A stretch of DNA of 64,000 bases, taken from an uncultured Acidobacteriota bacterium. Lineage in GTDB: Bacteria; Acidobacteriota; Thermoanaerobaculia; Multivoradales; JAHEKO01. Shown one piece after another: positions 49,316-58,627 of this stretch. The notes under the pieces were generated by a model. That model ran no database searches. It had not been told where the DNA came from and saw only the letters and a program-made list of their open reading frames with translations. The translations under genes and the position numbers were made by a program. The stretch covers positions 224,001 through 288,000 of the forward strand of contig CAVQNG010000001.1 of assembly GCA_963713825.1 (NCBI GenBank). The letters run 5' to 3'. Position 1 is the first letter of the stretch; each line of letters opens with the position of its first letter.

Positions 49316-51385
49316 ATGTCTCTTGAAATCGACAGTCCTCTGACAGCCCTGCGGGGCATCGGTCCGGTGCGAGCCCGCACCTTGTCCACAGTCGGTCTCC
49401 GAACGGTGAGAGATCTGCTGTATCGACTTCCCTTTCGGTACGAAGACCGACGTCAACTGTCGGCGATCGGCGAAGTTTCGGTGGAAGGGGCCTGCACTCT
49501 TTCTGCTCGTATCACCGACCTGAAGAGGATTCGCATCCGACGCCGGGGCCTGTCAGTGGTCAAGGGTTGGTTGGAGGATGAGAGCGGTCGATTGCCAGCA
49601 GTCTGGTTCAACCGTCCCTATCTGATGCAGCAGGTCGAGGCAGGGGAACGGTATCTTCTGCATGGCCGTGTGCGTCGGCAGGGGGAACGGCTCGAGATGA
49701 TCAATGCGAGCTGCGAGCCTCTGAGCCAGTCACTTCTCGGGGGCCGTATCGTCGCCGTGTACAACTCAGCCGGCGGTCTAGGGCCCGCATTGCTGCGCCG
49801 ACTCGTAGGCAGTGCCCTGGACGAGTTGCCGCTCGAGAGTGTCGAGGACGAAGTTCCGGCCGATCTCAGAAGACGTCACGGGCTGCCGCCATGGGGGCAA
49901 GCAGTGGTCCAGGTGCATCGTCCTGACGACTCCGTGGATGTGGGATTGCTCAATGAGCGTCGAAGTCCGGGCCATCTCAGGCTGATTTATGGCGAGCTGC
50001 TGGAACTTCAGGTCGAGCTTTCCCTGCTGCGGGACTTCGAGACTCGGCATGAGAAGAGTCATCGGTACGCGGACGAGGAAGGTCCGAGGAGAATCATGCA
50101 GGAGGTCCTGCCGTTTGAGCTGACTGGGGCTCAGAAACGCGTCCTGCAAGAAATACTGACGGATATGGAGAGCCCATACCCGATGCTGCGCCTCTTGCAG
50201 GGGGATGTTGGCAGCGGCAAGACGATTGTTGCAGCCCAGGCCCTCGTCGTGGCTATGCATAATGGCCTGCAGGCTGCCTTCATGGCGCCCACCGAGCTCC
50301 TCGCGGAGCAGCACTTCCGGACGTTGAAGCGGCTGCTGGAACCCAGGTTCCACCTGGCGCTTCTGACGGGTTCAGAGGTCGGGTCTGCGGTAGTTCGGCG
50401 AGGTCTGGCCAACGGCGAAATCCAGTTGGCCGTCGGCACCCATGCTCTCATTCAGGAGGGCGTCACATTCGACAGACTGGCATTGACGATCGTGGACGAA
50501 CAGCACAGGTTCGGAGTGGCGCAACGCCAGGTCTTGCAAGAGAAGGGACAGCGCCCTGACATGTTGGTGATGACGGCGACGCCAATCCCACGCTCACTGG
50601 CTCTGACGGTCTATGGGGACCTGTCGCTGTCCATCATCGACGAGCTGCCGCCAGGGCGCACGGAAGTGGCTACCAAGATCGTGGGACAGGAGCGCCGCGA
50701 CAGGGTCTATCGATGGTTGGAAGAGCGTCTCGAGGAGGGGGGACAGGCGTACGTGGTCTTTCCGATGATCGATAGAAGCGCGCAGGTGAGGTGCTCTTCG
50801 ATCTCTGACGAGGGCGAAGCCCTGCGCAGCGACTTGAATCGATGGCCATCTGCCGTGCTCCATGGCAGAGTCGACAGCGCAGAACGTGACAGGATCATGG
50901 AGTCTTTCGGAGCTGGCGACATCAGGCTTCTGGTGGCGACCTCGATCATCGAGGTCGGTGTCGACGTGCCACAGGCAACCGTCATGATCATCGACAGCTC
51001 AGAACGCTTCGGTCTGGCTCAGCTTCACCAGCTTCGTGGAAGGGTAGGGAGGGGGTCCCAGAAGTCCTATTGTGTTGCCTTGCATGGCGAGCTCACGGCC
51101 GAGGCCGAGCGCCGACTGGAGGTCTTTGCAGGTACTGCGGATGGGTTTCGAATCGCCGAGGCGGATCTCGAGATCCGAGGCCCGGGTGACCTGCTGGGCA
51201 AGCGGCAAGCTGGTGAGCCGCTTTTCAGGGTGGCCAACATCGTGGCGGACCGGCAGTGGTTAGAGAAGTCTCGCTTTGATGCGAGCGAGCTCATGGCTGA
51301 CCTGCAAGGGAAGAAGGTAGATCCGTTCGTCCAACGCATGGAGAAGCGGGCCAAGGGTCAGCTCAAGCGACTGACCGGGGGTTGA
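49316..51385 (+). CDS. recG: ATP-dependent DNA helicase RecG
   Basis: RYEDR, QGDVGSGKT, DEQHRFGV, MTATPIPR, QLHQLRGRVGR and DLEIRGPG. Confidence 0.97.
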   Translation: MSLEIDSPLTALRGIGPVRARTLSTVGLRTVRDLLYRLPFRYEDRRQLSAIGEVSVEGACTLSARITDLKRIRIRRRGLSVVKGWLEDESGRLPAVWFNRPYLMQQVEAGERYLLHGRVRRQGERLEMINASCEPLSQSLLGGRIVAVYNSAGGLGPALLRRLVGSALDELPLESVEDEVPADLRRRHGLPPWGQAVVQVHRPDDSVDVGLLNERRSPGHLRLIYGELLELQVELSLLRDFETRHEKSHRYADEEGPRRIMQEVLPFELTGAQKRVLQEILTDMESPYPMLRLLQGDVGSGKTIVAAQALVVAMHNGLQAAFMAPTELLAEQHFRTLKRLLEPRFHLALLTGSEVGSAVVRRGLANGEIQLAVGTHALIQEGVTFDRLALTIVDEQHRFGVAQRQVLQEKGQRPDMLVMTATPIPRSLALTVYGDLSLSIIDELPPGRTEVATKIVGQERRDRVYRWLEERLEEGGQAYVVFPMIDRSAQVRCSSISDEGEALRSDLNRWPSAVLHGRVDSAERDRIMESFGAGDIRLLVATSIIEVGVDVPQATVMIIDSSERFGLAQLHQLRGRVGRGSQKSYCVALHGELTAEAERRLEVFAGTADGFRIAEADLEIRGPGDLLGKRQAGEPLFRVANIVADRQWLEKSRFDASELMADLQGKKVDPFVQRMEKRAKGQLKRLTGG

Positions 51386-51387
51386 GC

Positions 51388-52596
51388 ATGAGGGTGCTTC
51401 TCGTTGCCAATACTCTGCCGCCCAGAGATGTCTCAGGAGTAGGCGAACAGGTTCTGCAGCTGGCTGTTGGCCTGGAATCGGTCGGCCATCAGGTCGAGGT
51501 TCTGGGACGAGGGCCGGCTGGTGCGAAGGGCCCAAAGCTCCTGTTTCCCCTGACGATTGTGCCCGCCTTCCTCGAGGCACTCGGTCGATTTCAGCCGCAT
51601 GTGATTCAAGTTCATGAGTCAGACGGCGTAATGGTAGCTCTCCTCACCAAGATCTTGAGCCCAATGTTGGAGCCGAGTCCCCAACTGGTGGCACTTCAGC
51701 AGGTGAGCTATCTGGAAGAGATGAGAGCGGTTCGCTCGCTCAGGTTCGACGGCGAGACTCTCGGTGTCCCAGGTGCGAGGGAGTGGTTTTTCCGCTTCGT
51801 CAAAGCCCCTGTGCAGATCGCTTTCGGCTCGCTGACCGCCTGGCTGAGCGATGTCGTGCTGGCGCCGAGCCGACAAACGGCACTCGAGATCGAGCGAGAC
51901 TACGGGGTCGATTCCGTCCTGATGTTGCCGAACGTTACCGGCGGACGGCCAATCGAGCCTACTCCGACTGCTGTTGTCCAGGAAGAAGCCGGCTATTTCT
52001 TGTTCGTTGGGCGACTGCGCATTCGAAAGGGAGTCGAGATTCTGCTCAACGCGGTCTCGTCACTCACGGCAGCGGGGAAGCCGGTTCAACTCGTTGTGGT
52101 GGGAGATGGTGAACATCGTGCAGCGCTCGAATCAAGGGCTCGCGATTTGGGGCTGGAGGAGACGGTGCGTTTCGTGGGAGCGTGTGATGCAGCTACGGTT
52201 CGGATGCTGATGTCAGGCGCTGCGGCCCTGGTGGTCCCATCCATTTATGAGGGAATGCCCTTGGTCGTGCTTGAAGCGATGGAGAGCTCGCTTCCCGTGG
52301 TGGCCAGCGCGGTGAGTGGAATGCCTGAGATCATCGCTGATGGGCAAAGCGGGTGGCTGGTGCCACCGGAAGACGTAACCGCGCTGAGCGGGGCGTTGGC
52401 GGAGGTCCATGACAATCCACGAGAAGCGATACGAAGAGGCGAAGCTGGCAGGATCCTTCTCGAGAAGCGCTTCAGACCGGAGCACGCCGCCAGTGTCTGG
52501 TGTAGATATCTGGACAGCGCCGTGACGGTTGTGTCACCGATCGCAGAGGAAATTGATCGGCCGGACTCATTCTTGGACAAAGGTGGCGCGAGATGA
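51388..52596 (+). CDS. GT4-family glycosyltransferase
   Basis: FVGRLRIRKG, EGMPLVVLEAM (EX7E) and GWLVPP. Confidence 0.9.
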   Translation: MRVLLVANTLPPRDVSGVGEQVLQLAVGLESVGHQVEVLGRGPAGAKGPKLLFPLTIVPAFLEALGRFQPHVIQVHESDGVMVALLTKILSPMLEPSPQLVALQQVSYLEEMRAVRSLRFDGETLGVPGAREWFFRFVKAPVQIAFGSLTAWLSDVVLAPSRQTALEIERDYGVDSVLMLPNVTGGRPIEPTPTAVVQEEAGYFLFVGRLRIRKGVEILLNAVSSLTAAGKPVQLVVVGDGEHRAALESRARDLGLEETVRFVGACDAATVRMLMSGAAALVVPSIYEGMPLVVLEAMESSLPVVASAVSGMPEIIADGQSGWLVPPEDVTALSGALAEVHDNPREAIRRGEAGRILLEKRFRPEHAASVWCRYLDSAVTVVSPIAEEIDRPDSFLDKGGAR

Positions 52597-53093
52597 TGGG
52601 CAGGGCTCTCCTGATGGTGGGTTGGGTAGCCACTGGAGGTCTGCTGCTGACGGCGGTCCTGGGCTATCGGGTCGGATTGCCGGGAGCGATGGGCTGGCAC
52701 CTTTTGGCGGCCCTGTTCTCGACTTTGCTGCTGTTGTTCTCGCACTCCTGGATCCTGTTCTATCTAATTGGCACCGGTAAAGCGATCAAGTCCGCGGCGA
52801 AAGAACACGGCCTCGATGACTCCCTGGCGGCCCAGACTCGGGAGTTCAAGAATCGCAGCAATTCCTGGTTGATGCTCGCCATGATGGCTGTCATGGCGAC
52901 ATTCATCGTCGGCGGCGGTGTGGCGACCACGGTGCTGCCGCCATGGTCGCATGCCACGCTGTTCTGGGTGACCTTGGTGATTCAGGTCTGGACCCTGGTC
53001 ATCGAAGGTAGGGTGATCGGCGACAACGAGCGCCTGATGCGGCTCGTGGATTGTCAGGTCGAAGCTGCGCTGCCGCCCGAAGCATCGCCATAG
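52593..53093 (+). CDS. Hypothetical four-TM membrane protein
   Basis: Four hydrophobic segments. Overlaps the GT4 stop (ATGA). Confidence 0.75.
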   Translation: MMGRALLMVGWVATGGLLLTAVLGYRVGLPGAMGWHLLAALFSTLLLLFSHSWILFYLIGTGKAIKSAAKEHGLDDSLAAQTREFKNRSNSWLMLAMMAVMATFIVGGGVATTVLPPWSHATLFWVTLVIQVWTLVIEGRVIGDNERLMRLVDCQVEAALPPEASP

Positions 53094-53238
53094 ATCGCTG
53101 CAAAGGCTCGGGCGGCCGAAAACGAGCGCGAGCCAATGCCCTGTCCTATAATCACCCGACGCCTGAGGAAAGACCTCTCGAGCCAACGTTGGCTTTCCCA
53201 ATCGTGAATCGCAGCAGTATCGAGGCAGAGTCTAGGCA

Positions 53239-54234
53239 ATGACCACCGAGAATGTCGTCCTATCCGGGATGCGAGCCACCGGACGCATCCATCTTGGTAA
53301 CTACTTCGGCGCCGTCAAGAACTGGGTCGAGTTGCAGGATCGTTATCGATGCTTCTACTTCATCGCCGACTGGCACGCCCTGACAACGGACTATGCAGAA
53401 CCGTCCAATGTCGGTGGCAACTCGCTCGAAATGCTGGCCGACCTCCTGGCGTCGGGTCTCGATCCCGAGCGCTGCGTGATTTTCGTTCAATCGATGGTGC
53501 CCGAGCATGCGGAGTTGCACCTCTTGCTTTCGATGATCACTCCGCTCGGTTGGTTGGAGCGGGTTCCGACGTATAAAGAACAGATCAAAGAGCTGTCGAA
53601 CAAGGATCTGTCAACGTACGGCTTCCTGGGATACCCGGTTCTGCAGACGGCAGACATTCTGTTGTATCGAGCCCAGTTCGTCCCTGTAGGAGAGGATCAA
53701 GCCAGCCATCTCGAGCTCAGCCGAGAGATTGGACGTCGGTTCAACAGCTACTATGGTGAGATCTTCCCGGAGCCCAAGGCCTTGTTCACGCCGACGCCGA
53801 AGGTGCCAGGACTCGATGGTCGAAAGATGTCGAAGTCCTACGGCAATACCATCGACTTGTCCGATACCCCTGAGGAAGTGACCGCGAAGTGTCGGCAGAT
53901 GTTCACCGATCCGCAGCGGATTCGCCGCATGGACGCAGGGCACCCGGAGACCTGCAATCTGTTTCAGTTTCATCGACTCTTCTCGACACCCGAGCTGCAG
54001 GAAAAGGTGGCCAGCGAATGCCGTCGGGCCCAGATAGGCTGTGTCGATGACAAGCAACTGATCGCTGACCAGATCAACAGTTTTCTCGATCCGATTCGAG
54101 CCAGGCGGGAAGAGCTGTTGAAGAGCAGAGACACCCTGCTGGACATTCTCAACGAGGGTTCCGCGAAGGCTGCAGAGCGGGCCCGAGAGACGATGGATCA
54201 GGTCCGATCCGCCCTTTCGATCCAATATCGATAG
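53239..54234 (+). CDS. trpS: Tryptophan--tRNA ligase
   Basis: HLGN (HIGH), ADWHALT, YPVLQTADIL, VPVGEDQ and KMSKS. Confidence 0.97.
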   Translation: MTTENVVLSGMRATGRIHLGNYFGAVKNWVELQDRYRCFYFIADWHALTTDYAEPSNVGGNSLEMLADLLASGLDPERCVIFVQSMVPEHAELHLLLSMITPLGWLERVPTYKEQIKELSNKDLSTYGFLGYPVLQTADILLYRAQFVPVGEDQASHLELSREIGRRFNSYYGEIFPEPKALFTPTPKVPGLDGRKMSKSYGNTIDLSDTPEEVTAKCRQMFTDPQRIRRMDAGHPETCNLFQFHRLFSTPELQEKVASECRRAQIGCVDDKQLIADQINSFLDPIRARREELLKSRDTLLDILNEGSAKAAERARETMDQVRSALSIQYR

Positions 54235-54254
54235 GCCGGCGAAAAGAGCCGCAG

Positions 54255-55046
54255 ATGACATCTTCCGTGAGTGGCAAGAGTAATCTGCCTGAAGCCTGGC
54301 GAGTGCAGCTGCCGGTCTTCGAGGGTCCTCTGGACCTTCTGCTGCATCTGATCAAGATCAACGAGGTGGAGATCTCCGACATACCCGTGGCGGTGATCTG
54401 TGACCAGTTCGACGAGTACCTGCATCTCATGGAGGTGTTCGACCTGGATGTGGCTGCCGAGTTCGTTTATGAGGCCGCCGTGCTCATTCATCTCAAGTCG
54501 AGGATGCTGCTGCCGCGTCGAGCCGACGAAGACGGCACCCTGGAGGAAGATCCTCGCCAGGAGCTGGTGGCGCGCCTCCTCGAGTACCAGCGAATCAAGG
54601 AAGCCGCGCAGTCGCTGGCCGAGCTGCACTCCTTGCGCCAGGGACTTTGGACGCGTCAACCGCAGCCCATCGATCTCCCCGCCGAGGACGACTCCGTCGA
54701 ATTGGAGGAGGTCTCGCTATTCGATTTACTGGGGGCATTCAAACAGGTCCTGGTACGGTACGAGCACGAGCACCCTGACCCTTTTCAGATCCATCGGGAG
54801 ACTTTCTCGGTCCGCGGCCAATTCGAGCGTCTGCTGGCGCTCCTGGATTTGGATCGCCCCTATGATCTGCTCCTCGATCTCAGACGTCGCAGCTGCCGGT
54901 CGGAGGCTGTGGCGGCGTTCCTGGCGATCCTCGAGCTGGCTCGGTTGGATCTGATCCGATTGCACAAGACCGGCGGAGGGGAGATACTGCTCTACCGCAC
55001 CTCGAAAGAGCTGCAGGCCCACGAGTTGGAGGCGATTCAGGGATGA
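54255..55046 (+). CDS. scpA: Segregation and condensation protein A
   Basis: FEGPLDLLLHLI, KSRMLLP, DPRQELV and FLAILEL. Confidence 0.95.
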   Translation: MTSSVSGKSNLPEAWRVQLPVFEGPLDLLLHLIKINEVEISDIPVAVICDQFDEYLHLMEVFDLDVAAEFVYEAAVLIHLKSRMLLPRRADEDGTLEEDPRQELVARLLEYQRIKEAAQSLAELHSLRQGLWTRQPQPIDLPAEDDSVELEEVSLFDLLGAFKQVLVRYEHEHPDPFQIHRETFSVRGQFERLLALLDLDRPYDLLLDLRRRSCRSEAVAAFLAILELARLDLIRLHKTGGGEILLYRTSKELQAHELEAIQG

Positions 55047-55675
55047 CCGAGAATTCGGAGATCGAGGCGGCGCTAGAGGCGGTTCTCTTTGTTGCTGCCG
55101 AGCCGGTAGACCGAGCCAAGCTGCTCGAGATCTTCGGCAAGCAGGCTCAGTCCGAGGCCGCAGGTGCCTTGGAGCGAGTGATCGAGCGCTACGGTGGCGG
55201 CCCCGATAGGGGCATTCGAATCGAGGAAGTGGCCGGTGGTTTGAGGCTAGTGACTCGGCCTGAGTTGCATGGCTATCTGCGCAAGTTCTTCGAGGTTTCC
55301 GGTAGAAGTCGCCTTTCTATGGCGGCGCTGGAGACGCTGGCGATCGTGGCATATCGTCAGCCGATTACGGGCCCGGAGATTCAAGAGCTTCGAGGAGTCA
55401 GCCCGTCAGGGGTTTTGAAGACCCTCCTGGAGAAGCGATTGGTGCGGATATCAGGGCGCAAGAAAGTGGTCGGGAAGCCCTTTCTCTACCGCACGACACG
55501 TGAATTCTTGATGCACTTTGGGCTCGAATCGCTCGAGGATCTTCCGCCCTTGGAAGAGTTCGAGGAAATCTTCGGTCCAGAGGGCATGGAACCCGCAGGA
55601 CAGACCGCGGCGGACCCCGTTGTCTCGGCGAGGCCCGAACCGGTGGCGGACGGGGCGGCGTCCGACAAATCGTGA
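55043..55675 (+). CDS. scpB: Segregation and condensation protein B
   Basis: EAVLF, LSMAALETLAIVAYRQPIT and TTREFL..FGL..L.DLP. Confidence 0.95.
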   Translation: MTENSEIEAALEAVLFVAAEPVDRAKLLEIFGKQAQSEAAGALERVIERYGGGPDRGIRIEEVAGGLRLVTRPELHGYLRKFFEVSGRSRLSMAALETLAIVAYRQPITGPEIQELRGVSPSGVLKTLLEKRLVRISGRKKVVGKPFLYRTTREFLMHFGLESLEDLPPLEEFEEIFGPEGMEPAGQTAADPVVSARPEPVADGAASDKS

Positions 55676-56463
55676 GCCAGGAGAGACTTCAGCGCATTCT
55701 CTCGCGGGCCGGTATCGCCTCGCGGCGCAAGGCCGAGGAGATGATTCGGGACGGGCGGGTGACCGTGAACGGTCGGGTTGCCGAGGTCGGTGAGAAGGCC
55801 GACGCGCTGGACGATGCCATCAAGGTCGACGGGCGTCGATTGAAACCGATGCCAGGCAGCTTTCACTACCTCGTGTACAAACCCAAAGGCTACATGTCCA
55901 CGCGACAGGATCCCGAGGGACGGCAGACCGTTTTCGACCTTCTTCCACCGAGATTGCGCAAGAATCTGGTCATTGCAGGTCGTCTGGACTACAACAGCGA
56001 AGGCCTGATGATTCTGACAGCCGATGGAGAGTTGGCCCATCGCCTGGCTCACCCGAGCTTCGGTTGCTCGAAGACCTACCATGCCAAGGTCAAGGGTGTT
56101 CCAGCAGAGGAGTCCATCGCCAAACTGAAGGCCGGCATTCTGTTGGATGGCAAGCGCACCACGCCGGCGAAAATCCGGTTGCTCAAAGGCCCCCGAGGTG
56201 GCAAGGGTGAGTCGAACTCCTGGTGGGTCGTTGAGCTGCAGGAGGGGCGCAATCGGCAGATTCGCGAGATGTTCTTTCGCATTGGTAACCCAGTCCAACG
56301 TCTGATTCGGGTCGGTATCGGTAGGGTGTCCGATCGAGAGCTTCCCGTGGGTTCGTACCGAGAGCTCAGTGCGCAGGAGGTCGAGTCACTAAGAACCGGC
56401 AAGCCGGTGAGACGTCCGAAGCGCAAGAGCCGGCACCGTAAGCCCCGCGGCGGAGAGCGATGA
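55672..56463 (+). CDS. rluB: rRNA pseudouridine synthase (RluB/RsuA family)
   Basis: S4 domain ERLQRILSRAGIASRR, GRLD and EGRNRQIR. Confidence 0.88.
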   Translation: MSQERLQRILSRAGIASRRKAEEMIRDGRVTVNGRVAEVGEKADALDDAIKVDGRRLKPMPGSFHYLVYKPKGYMSTRQDPEGRQTVFDLLPPRLRKNLVIAGRLDYNSEGLMILTADGELAHRLAHPSFGCSKTYHAKVKGVPAEESIAKLKAGILLDGKRTTPAKIRLLKGPRGGKGESNSWWVVELQEGRNRQIREMFFRIGNPVQRLIRVGIGRVSDRELPVGSYRELSAQEVESLRTGKPVRRPKRKSRHRKPRGGER

Positions 56464-57140
56464 TGGACAAGCCCATTGTCGTGGCGATCGACGGCACCTC
56501 GGGGGTGGGCAAGAGCACGGTCGCAAGGCGATTGGCGAAAGCTCTGAATCTACCCTATCTCGAGACAGGTGCGATGTACCGCGCGCTCGGCTTGAAGGTT
56601 GACAAGCTGGGTGTCGATCCTCTGAACCAGCGGACGGTAGAGGAGCTGGCCGTCGACCTGGATCTCGAACTGCGCCAGAGACCGGATGGGAACGTCGAGG
56701 TTCTCCTGGATGGAGAATGCCTTGGTGAAGAAGCTCGACAGCCCCGAATCTCGGAGATTACATCGGCCGTCTCGGCCTACCCAGGGGTGCGACGGGTCAT
56801 GGTCGAACACCAGCGGTCGTTCGCCGGCTCGCGAGGGGCTGTCGTCGAGGGGCGGGATATCGGCACGAAAGTGTTTCCGCACACCCCCCATAAGTTCTTT
56901 TTGCAGGCACCCCTTGAAACCCGAGTTCGTCGACGCCTGAAGCAGCTCGAAGCTTCAGGGCAGTCGAACTTGAGTGAGGACGAGCTGATCCGAGAGGTCC
57001 GCGAGCGCGACGTCCGTGATTCCACCAGAGCAGAATCACCCCTGACCATGGACGGTAGTTACGAGGTCATCGATACCGGGTCGCGGTCCGTCGACGAGGT
57101 TGTCGAGGCGATCCTGGGCGAGATCCGCCAGAATCGCTGA
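56460..57140 (+). CDS. cmk: Cytidylate kinase
   Basis: IDGTSGVGKST, TGAMYRA, EGRDIGT and RDVRD. Confidence 0.95.
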   Translation: MMDKPIVVAIDGTSGVGKSTVARRLAKALNLPYLETGAMYRALGLKVDKLGVDPLNQRTVEELAVDLDLELRQRPDGNVEVLLDGECLGEEARQPRISEITSAVSAYPGVRRVMVEHQRSFAGSRGAVVEGRDIGTKVFPHTPHKFFLQAPLETRVRRRLKQLEASGQSNLSEDELIREVRERDVRDSTRAESPLTMDGSYEVIDTGSRSVDEVVEAILGEIRQNR

Positions 57141-57182
57141 CAGTCGCCTTGCCGTTGTGATTCGCTCAGGAGCACAACGAGA

Positions 57183-57220
57183 GAGCCTCCCAGTCACCAG
57201 GTGCGGTGAAAGGGAGGCTC
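57183..57220. terminator. Long hairpin between convergent cmk and leucine dehydrogenase genes
   Basis: GAGCCTCCC..TCACC-loop-GGTGA..GGGAGGCTC inverted repeat. Confidence 0.65.
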
Positions 57221-57245
57221 GATCGATTGCGGCTCGGTTCGTTTC

Positions 57246-58340
57246 TTACTTGTGGTTGCTGATGAACCGCCCCCAGTGGCGCGAACCGAGATGCTTGATG
57301 GTGGTGATGCGCTCCTCGGCCATCCGATCGGCAGCGACGTAGGTTGGGACCTTCTCCTCTTTGGAGATCTGGAAGACCCGCATCAAATTCAAATAGATGC
57401 CACGGGTCATGCGCAGGGCCCGCTCTTGGTTGTAGTCACCTGTCAACTCGTTGTACACGTTGATCAGGCCGCCGGCGTTGATGACGAAGTCAGGAGCGTA
57501 GAGGATGTCTCTCTCGTGCAGGGCGACGCCGTCGATCTGCTCGTTGTGCAGCTGATTGTTGGCCCCGCCTGCAACGATGCTGCAACGCAGCTTGGGGATG
57601 GACTCCTGGTTGAGACCCGCACCGAGTGCGCAAGGCGCCAGCACGTCGCAGTCGACCTCCATGATCTCTTCGGAGGAGACGATCTCGACACCCAGGTCAC
57701 TCTCGGCCTTGGCAGTCTTGTCAGGGTCGATATCGGCACCGATGACCTTGGCGCCTTCATCGACCAGGTACTTGGCAAGGTAGTAGCCGACGTTGCCGAC
57801 GCCCTGCACGGCAACCGTGAGTCCCTTGAGTGACGGTTCGTCGTTCTTCCAATTGGCAGCGGCCTTGATTCCTTGCAACACTCCGTACGCTGTCACGGGT
57901 GAGGGATCACCACTGCCGCCATGGGCAGGGGAGACGCCAGTGACCCAACGCGTCTCGGACAGGATGACTTCCATGTCCTCCATATCCGTGCCGACATCCT
58001 CGGCCGTGATGTAGAGACCGTTCAAGGACTCGACGTAACGGCCGAAGGCGCGGAACAGCGCTTCGCTCTTGTCGGATTTTGGGTCACCCAGAATGACTGC
58101 CTTACCGCCGCCGAGGTGAAGACCTGCCGCTGCTGCTTTGTAAGTCATTCCACGGGACAAACGGAGCACATCGGTGAGGGCCTCGTCAAAGTCCTTGAAA
58201 GGCCACATACGAAGGCCGCCCAAGCCTGGGCCGAGGGTGGTGGAGTGGACGGCGATGATGGCCTTCAGTCCTACTTCGGGATTCGAGCACAAAAGCACGC
58301 GCTCGTGACCCATGTCCTCGAGTCGTTCGAAAAGCTCCAT
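57246..58340 (-). CDS. Leucine dehydrogenase (Glu/Leu/Phe/Val dehydrogenase family)
   Basis: LRLSRGMTYK, GGGKAVI, TAEDVGT, GDPSPVTA, GVGNVG, ANNQL and NAGG. Confidence 0.93.
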   Translation of the reverse strand: MELFERLEDMGHERVLLCSNPEVGLKAIIAVHSTTLGPGLGGLRMWPFKDFDEALTDVLRLSRGMTYKAAAAGLHLGGGKAVILGDPKSDKSEALFRAFGRYVESLNGLYITAEDVGTDMEDMEVILSETRWVTGVSPAHGGSGDPSPVTAYGVLQGIKAAANWKNDEPSLKGLTVAVQGVGNVGYYLAKYLVDEGAKVIGADIDPDKTAKAESDLGVEIVSSEEIMEVDCDVLAPCALGAGLNQESIPKLRCSIVAGGANNQLHNEQIDGVALHERDILYAPDFVINAGGLINVYNELTGDYNQERALRMTRGIYLNLMRVFQISKEEKVPTYVAADRMAEERITTIKHLGSRHWGRFISNHK

Positions 58341-58627
58341 GTTCCAGGTCTCCTGATCAGGTCAGAGTTTGGACGATCCAGTTGTCCGTCAGGCTTTCTC
58401 GTGCGGCAGTTCCCGGACAAGAACCCATGGTTTTGGGCCTCGGTTCCTCTGTTCTTTCCTCAGTACGGAGCTGCCGTCGCTGGCCTGAGCGGACGACCGG
58501 CTGGAATAACAGGTCGTACCCTCTCAGGGTACTTCGAATCATACTCATTTTACTCGAATCGGACCTGGGGCAGCAAATCCCCAGGAGCCGCTTAGAGAGC
58601 GCTCTGCAGGAGCTAGAATGAGACGTT

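Noticed and set aside
53163-53193. CTGAGGAAAGA shared by the trpS and ldh leaders, and palindrome GCCAACGTTGGC before trpS
   Set aside because: A single 11-mer match is compatible with chance. The trpS leader is too short for a T-box and has no T-box sequence or Trp leader peptide.
58404-58476. CTGAGGA (CUGANGA) in the ldh leader suggesting a hammerhead ribozyme; CTCTCAGG nearby suggesting a glycine riboswitch
   Set aside because: No GAAA follows the would-be stem II. The glycine-like word is on the wrong strand and lacks the other conserved segments.
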